64,000 bases of DNA. It comes from Zygnema circumcarinatum SAG 698-1b (Eukaryota > Plantae > Zygnematophyceae). The notes beneath the pieces are model-generated. The model was given only the letters and a program-made list of their open reading frames with translations, was not told where the DNA came from and ran no database searches. Below are positions 61,971 to 64,000 of the stretch, piece after piece; within the stretch, counting starts at the first letter, position 1, and every line of letters begins with the position of its first letter. The translations under genes were made by a program, and so were the position numbers. The stretch lies in contig CM074814.1 in assembly GCA_037447605.1 (NCBI GenBank), positions 1,922,001 through 1,986,000 on the forward strand. Direction: 5' to 3'.

Positions 61971-63771
61971 TCAATTCTTGCTTTTCTTAGACTTCTTCGA
62001 TTCAGCCTCATCTGGATGATCTATTTTTGGAATGACCTTATATCCAAAGGGAATGGGCTCCTTGTAATGCCGGATCTTTTGCCGGATGCCTTTGGTATTT
62101 AAATATCTGGATATACCTTTGGTTGGCTCTGGATCAGGAACAAGATTTTGAGGCTGCGGAATTCGCCAATCTTTGGGGTAAGGCTCGTTGGGTGTGCTTT
62201 CAAACTTCACATGCCAAATGTACACATCCTGGCAGCTATCTGCAAGAGGGTCCAACTCCTCAGGGCCAGAAACAAGCCGATCCAAAAATAAGGTTTCTAT
62301 CCATCTGCAGAATAAACAGCCCCATCAGTCAATATTGATTCATCATCAGTCTTTGCTAGAGAAGCTCTTTACTTCCTGCTTCCTTTTTTCCCCTTATACA
62401 TCTCGATTCAGCTGTCATTCTAGGTCCTAACAAGCACTAGACACTGGCACCCTGTAAGCACAAGGAGAGTACTTGTTTAATTGGGTTATCAGCTTCCAAG
62501 CCATGCATGCATCCTTGCTAACTTCTATCACTCACGCTGGTCTTGATCTGAATCGAACTGGATGCTGTGGTTTCCCTGTCACATTGTCCGTTGGAGTCCA
62601 CAACAGTTCGGATCTGCAACATAAAACCACCGCAAGCACCACCGAATGCTAGCTCATCCACGTTATACTACTGTCTAGTTGTAAAGCCTGATCAACAGCT
62701 TAAAGAGGGGCATTGGCCTCTCTCAGAAACATGAGTGCACTGCAAACATTCACCAAGCAAGCAAATCTCTTCAAGTCCCAACATCATAGTTCCAAATGTT
62801 CAACATCCAACTGAAGCACTAAACTCCATGTGCACTCCAAGTGGTAAAATCCCCACGCACACGTAGTACAGATTGTAACTCTAGGCAAAATCCATAAGAA
62901 TTACTCATCCCCTTTGTATGCATGGACGGACATTGGTTGATTATGCTTATTGTGACGAAGCACTTGAAGATGTCTATTTCTCGTGCTATCATGGCTCTAA
63001 TAGCTTAACTGCTCATGCCTGGGTAAGCTCTCCAATTGTTCCATGAACCTCCAGGAACTTAGCTTAAATCTACTTTAAAATTTCTCCCTTCTTTGTTCCA
63101 ACATACATTCCACCTCAGAAGGAGAGAGGATTAATCTGACCTTCAAACCCCCACCAAAGAGCTGAATGATGCTTACTTGAAGGCGAATCCGGCCATATCA
63201 AGATGATACTTGCGCCCCTTGCCTGGCTCTGCTTTCAGGGACCATTCAAATGTCTCCCACCCAGTCACCTTAGGGGTTCCTGTCTCATCCGGCTCCACCA
63301 ATGCTCTCTCAACTGCAGGACTGGCCTGCCTCCATGGAACTGTTGCAGTGTATTCTTTTGACCATAGTAGCCCAACAGGCACAACCCCCACTTTCCTTTT
63401 CATTTTACGGAACTCCTCAAAGAGCTGCATCAAGCCAAGCAAAGCAATACCGAGAGTACGTGCCAAGCGGCACATAAGCTGTAGAAAGAACTCCGGAAAA
63501 ATCGTCACTCTGGCGAATAAATGAAATGCGAATGTGAATGGAGGCTGCCCATATGAATGTCCTGAAAGCCACGCTAAGAAAAGCTTTGGAAAATGTTGAA
63601 TAAGTAGACTGAGGAAAGGGAGAGTCTTGTATGGGGAGAGCTAAGTACCATTGGCGTATATACATTATCGTCGTCCATAAAGTACATAATCCCACTAATG
63701 CGTTTCTTCTCAACGTATTCAAGAGCAGCATTGCGCTGACCCACGCCTCGGGTATATCGGGGGTTATCTGG
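61971..63771 (-). CDS. GT43 glycosyltransferase (IRX9L-like), 5' exons not resolved in this window
   Basis: Exons 63771-63649, 63424-63177, 62613-62536 and 62304-61971. Motifs RGVGQRNAALEYVEKKRISGIMYFMDDDNVY..LFEEFR, DMAGFAFKSELLW, WIETLFLDRLV and CQDVYIWHVKFE..PYPKDW match GT43 (IRX9L/GlcAT) motifs. Confidence 0.85.
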
Positions 63772-64000
63772 CTGAGCATATCCCCCACATGCACAAGTTT
63801 CTCAGGTCAACCAGCTCGTACCTGACCTGATTAACCTGAAGAGCACAATCAGAGAAAACTGACACACTCGTCCGACGACTAGGTGCTCAGAATCTGGGAA
63901 AAGGAGACTTTGCGAAGAAACCGAATGTGAACGCATGTCTGTCTTCCCAGTGGTTTCGAGAGAAGGGATTTACCGCTTTGCCGGAGCTAATGTGAATATA

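Noticed and set aside
63772-63840. In-frame TGA upstream of the GT43 exon (LIRSGTSWLT*ETCACGG) suggesting selenocysteine or a frameshift in a G5 run
   Set aside because: A phase-0 acceptor (GCTCAG|CCA) at 63771 with an upstream TTGAC branch-like motif explains the frame without recoding, and no SECIS is evident. RNA-seq would settle it.
1-64000. Transposase, reverse transcriptase, rRNA or organellar insertions
   Set aside because: I recognised no such coding motifs or sequences in any frame.

Overview
Intron-rich eukaryotic nuclear DNA from a streptophyte (land plant or charophyte alga); the species cannot be fixed from sequence alone. There is one 10-N gap at 3763-3772. Reading splice sites and translating exons by hand gives eight multi-exon genes: TWD40-2 (+, 387-14449), a secreted GH146/GH127-type (DUF1680) glycoside hydrolase (-, 15316-22791), an NYN-domain protein (-, 23752-25078), a GT61-like type II membrane protein (+, 26728-31113), MON2 (+, 32109-51045), an orphan two-exon putative membrane protein (+, 52930-53917), catalase (+, 55318-59379) and a 5'-incomplete GT43 (IRX9L-like) gene (-, 61971 to beyond 63771). 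Family assignments rest on recalled conserved motifs, not database searches. I found no rRNA, tRNA, CRISPR array or transposase. The most unusual non-coding structure is a ~92-bp palindromic repeat family that brackets the orphan gene, with a degenerate intronic copy at 4.1-4.4 kb and a second 92-bp-period family forming a foldback. Also notable are an AT-AC U12-type intron in TWD40-2, near-identical (GGGA)n leaders on TWD40-2 and MON2, a dense G-box/MSA cluster upstream of the hydrolase, and a 10-bp-phased CGAC array followed by an in-frame upstream ATG in front of catalase.
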